DNA of 32,882 bases from a virus, in the IMG/VR virus record IMGVR_UViG_3300033172_000008. One strand, 5' to 3'. Shown here in pieces: positions 31,134 to 32,882 of this stretch. The translations under genes and the position numbers were made by a program. Below the pieces are notes generated by a model. The model did no database searches, had not been told where the DNA came from, and saw nothing but the letters and a program-made list of their open reading frames with translations. How positions within the stretch are numbered: position 1 is the stretch's first letter; every line of letters begins with the position of its first letter.

Positions 31134-31867
31134 TATATTTCTCCTTTTTCTCTTTGACTAATCAAGGTTTGGACACTCTTGTCTCGATGAACTCCGGGAC
31201 CGTAGCACATACCATCCCTCATGGTTGCACTCTTACGGTCTGATTCTTTGGTCTTACGATGTTCCATGTACATTTCTTCATTAAGGTAAGCCCATGGAGC
31301 TAAAGGATTTGGGTGTCTGTGGGGGACATTCTCGAATACCAACACCGGACCCAAAGCAATTCTAAATTGCCAATCCCTACCCAGAGGGTCATCCGGGGAT
31401 TTGTATAGGTCTACAATTTCCTCAGCATCCCAGAAGTTCTTGCGGTGAATCATCAATGCTCTAACATCAAAGGTGCGAAGCATTTCGTTGGCCTTCTTAT
31501 TCACCTTGCGGAAAATAGGTTCACTCACAAACTCATCAACATCAATCCTGAACAACCACTCCTGAGGTCTAATTTGATACAGCATGTTGTAGTGTGGCTC
31601 ACCCAACCGTTCAAATCTTTCCATGGAGATGTAATTTACATTCTTATAGGAACGAGCAATCTCTTGCGTTCTATCTGTGGATGCTTGGTCTATCAGATAA
31701 ATTTTTGCATATTTATGAAATTCAAGCCAAGCAGGTAGGCGTTCTTCCTCGTTGTAAACCACAATCCCAATGCTCATGGGGAATTCTTTTAACACATTGT
31801 TTTTGACCGTGGACTGCTTGGTAGCAGGTATTTTGGGTCTTCCTTTTTTATTGGACTTAGTAGACAT
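31133..31867 (-). CDS. GT2-family glycosyltransferase
   Basis: 244 aa from the ATG at 31867, with GGGAG 5 nt upstream. Motifs SIGIVVYNEEERL, LIDQASTDRTQEIA and RIDVDEF (DxD). Confidence 0.7.
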   Translation of the reverse strand: MSTKSNKKGRPKIPATKQSTVKNNVLKEFPMSIGIVVYNEEERLPAWLEFHKYAKIYLIDQASTDRTQEIARSYKNVNYISMERFERLGEPHYNMLYQIRPQEWLFRIDVDEFVSEPIFRKVNKKANEMLRTFDVRALMIHRKNFWDAEEIVDLYKSPDDPLGRDWQFRIALGPVLVFENVPHRHPNPLAPWAYLNEEMYMEHRKTKESDRKSATMRDGMCYGPGVHRDKSVQTLISQREKGEI

Positions 31868-31916
31868 AAACACTCCCTCGTGTTGTATTCAAAAACCATG
31901 AATGAACTGTCACTCT

Positions 31917-31947
31917 ATAATAGTCAAAACCGACCTGATAGGTTCAT
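31917..31947 (-). promoter_or_regulatory. Promoter-like element ATGAACC-N18-TATTAT upstream of the GT cassette
   Basis: Minus strand reads ATGAACC tatcaggtcggttttgac TATTAT. Its -35 overlaps the HNH-2 stop codon. Confidence 0.5.
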
Positions 31948-32642
31948 TTTCTTTTGTGTTCTTCTCGATGACATTTCCTACATAGGGTGAGTCCATTGTT
32001 AGTGTCCCACAATTCCTTACATGCTTCAGCCTCTTCAAGGGTTTGAATATTGTGTTCATTCATGATGACAGAAAAGAATTTAATATGATGGGCAATTAAT
32101 TTTCCCCCTCGGGTCTGGCAATGCTGACAAGTATAATGGTCTCTCTCAAAAACTAATTTCCTCCACTCCCGATACTGAATACACTTTCTCACCGTTTCGT
32201 TTAAAGAGGTAACCCCACCCTTCCAATTACTGTTATTTGAACCCTTGTGAGTTTCAGATAACCGTTGTTTATTAAAACAACCACAGGATTGTGTGTGTCC
32301 ATTTTTTAAACTTCCGGCTTGAACTTTTATTTTCTTTCCGCACTCACATAGACATAGCCATAATACTCCACCATTTTGTCGGCCTACATCTTCCAATACC
32401 ACAAGCCGCCCAAATTTCTGTCCCACAATATTCTGATAACTTAAATTAGACGCAGTATCAACACTCAAACAACCACAAGACTTTGTATGTCCACACCTAA
32501 GTTTAGTGGAGGGTATAACAACACTATTGCCACACTCACATTGACATAACCACAATCTTGTTCTTTGCTTATTTCGACCTACATCTTCCAGTGCGGTCAA
32601 CCTGCCAAATTTCTGTCCCGTTAAATCAATTTTCATGAACAT
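31944..32642 (-). CDS. HNH endonuclease with two tandem zinc-ribbon repeats (HNH-2)
   Basis: 232 aa (the start may be the ATG at 32636). It has the same repeat and HNH core as 15149-16054, and the C-terminal ~100 aa are very similar. Confidence 0.9.
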   Translation of the reverse strand: MFMKIDLTGQKFGRLTALEDVGRNKQRTRLWLCQCECGNSVVIPSTKLRCGHTKSCGCLSVDTASNLSYQNIVGQKFGRLVVLEDVGRQNGGVLWLCLCECGKKIKVQAGSLKNGHTQSCGCFNKQRLSETHKGSNNSNWKGGVTSLNETVRKCIQYREWRKLVFERDHYTCQHCQTRGGKLIAHHIKFFSVIMNEHNIQTLEEAEACKELWDTNNGLTLCRKCHREEHKRK

Positions 32643-32686
32643 AAATCCCTATTCCAGATATAGTTGACGTATGAATCATACATTAT

Positions 32687-32717
32687 ATAATAGTCAAAAA
32701 GACCTTTAGGAGTTCAT
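32687..32717 (-). promoter_or_regulatory. Promoter-like element ATGAACT-N18-TATTAT upstream of HNH-2
   Basis: Minus strand reads ATGAACT cctaaaggtctttttgac TATTAT. It shares the 14-mer TTTTGACTATTATA with the 31917-31947 element. Confidence 0.5.
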
Positions 32718-32726
32718 AAATAAGAA

Positions 32727-32751
32727 GAGGCCGGGACTGATGCCCGGCCTC
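32727..32751 (-). terminator. Rho-independent terminator of the capsid transcript
   Basis: GAGGCCGGG-catcagt-CCCGGCCTC (9-bp GC-rich stem), followed by TTCTTATTTAT on the minus strand. On the circular map it lies about 21 nt downstream of the capsid stop. Confidence 0.85.
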
Positions 32752-32755
32752 GATG

Positions 32756-32882
32756 CGAAGTGATTGTAGAGATTACTGACTGGAATAGATATTCCAAACT
32801 CTTCCGTTAGCGGTTCCATCAACAGGTCTGACCCATCCACCAACGCTGTACCAACCGATTTTGCCTGTCCGGCCAAAATCGT
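32756..32882. repeat. Terminal direct repeat, right copy (duplicates the 3' end of the capsid CDS)
   Basis: Identical to 1-127 when read base by base. 32773-32882 is a redundant partial copy of the capsid gene 3' end. Confidence 0.95.

Noticed and set aside
1674-31575. The over-represented word explained by a recurrent KLD peptide motif
   Set aside because: The word is read in at least four different frame and strand contexts, giving different peptides (KLD, IRP, SNL, GLN/GLI). It also occurs in non-coding DNA and across a stop codon.
8228-31575. GGTCTAATTT as the -10 element of an ECF-sigma promoter (GTCTAA resembles some ECF -10 boxes)
   Set aside because: No conserved -35-like partner sits at a fixed distance upstream of the copies I inspected. 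Many copies are antisense to the local genes.
1674-31575. Identity with known DNA uptake sequences (Neisseria GCCGTCTGAA, Pasteurellaceae AAGTGCGGT / ACAAGCGGT) or cyanobacterial HIP1
   Set aside because: The sequences do not match beyond 3-4 bases.
1-32882. A lysogeny module (integrase, repressor, excisionase, attP)
   Set aside because: No tyrosine or serine recombinase motifs and no CI/Cro-like pair were recognised, so temperate status cannot be claimed.

Overview
The window is a complete, circularly closed tailed-phage genome (siphovirus-like Caudoviricetes) of about 32.76 kb. Bases 1-127 recur exactly at 32756-32882. This repeat cuts into the major-capsid CDS, so it is an assembly overlap rather than a physical terminus.

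Two divergent transcription blocks flank a 1.3-kb non-coding control region (10267-11571).

- Leftward block (minus strand, continuing through the circular junction): acidic protein, ECF-type sigma factor, nuclease-like ORF, TerS-like ORF, tRNA-Ala(UGC), a displaced tail-terminator-like/Ig protein, small membrane and coiled-coil ORFs, TerL, portal, scaffold, major capsid and a terminator. These are followed by an HNH endonuclease, a three-gene glycosyltransferase cassette (GT2, GT9 heptosyltransferase-like, GT-A-like), connector proteins, two paralogous tail-tube proteins, a chaperone pair, the tape measure and distal-tail/fibre genes.
- Rightward block (plus strand, 11572-18689): small unknown early-type genes, a GT-A-like gene, a second paralogous HNH endonuclease, a heptose-7-phosphate kinase (HldA/RfaE-domain-I-like), a SAP-motif protein, and a lipoprotein moron bracketed by its own promoter and terminator.

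I saw no integrase, DNA polymerase, helicase, primase or recognisable endolysin.

Most unusual signals:
1. A 10-bp DNA word (AAATTAGACC/GGTCTAATTT) occurs at least 15 times exactly. It lies in coding and non-coding DNA, on both strands and in several reading frames, and it forms perfect palindromes.
2. A conserved promoter-like architecture, ATGAACY-N18-TATwwK, precedes at least five transcription units, in a genome that also encodes its own sigma factor.
3. About 13% of the genome is devoted to sugar/heptose enzymes, split into two loci that each sit next to a paralogous HNH gene.
4. The tail-tube gene is duplicated, and the distal-tail gene may be too.

All functional calls come from motif recognition by eye. 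No searches were run.
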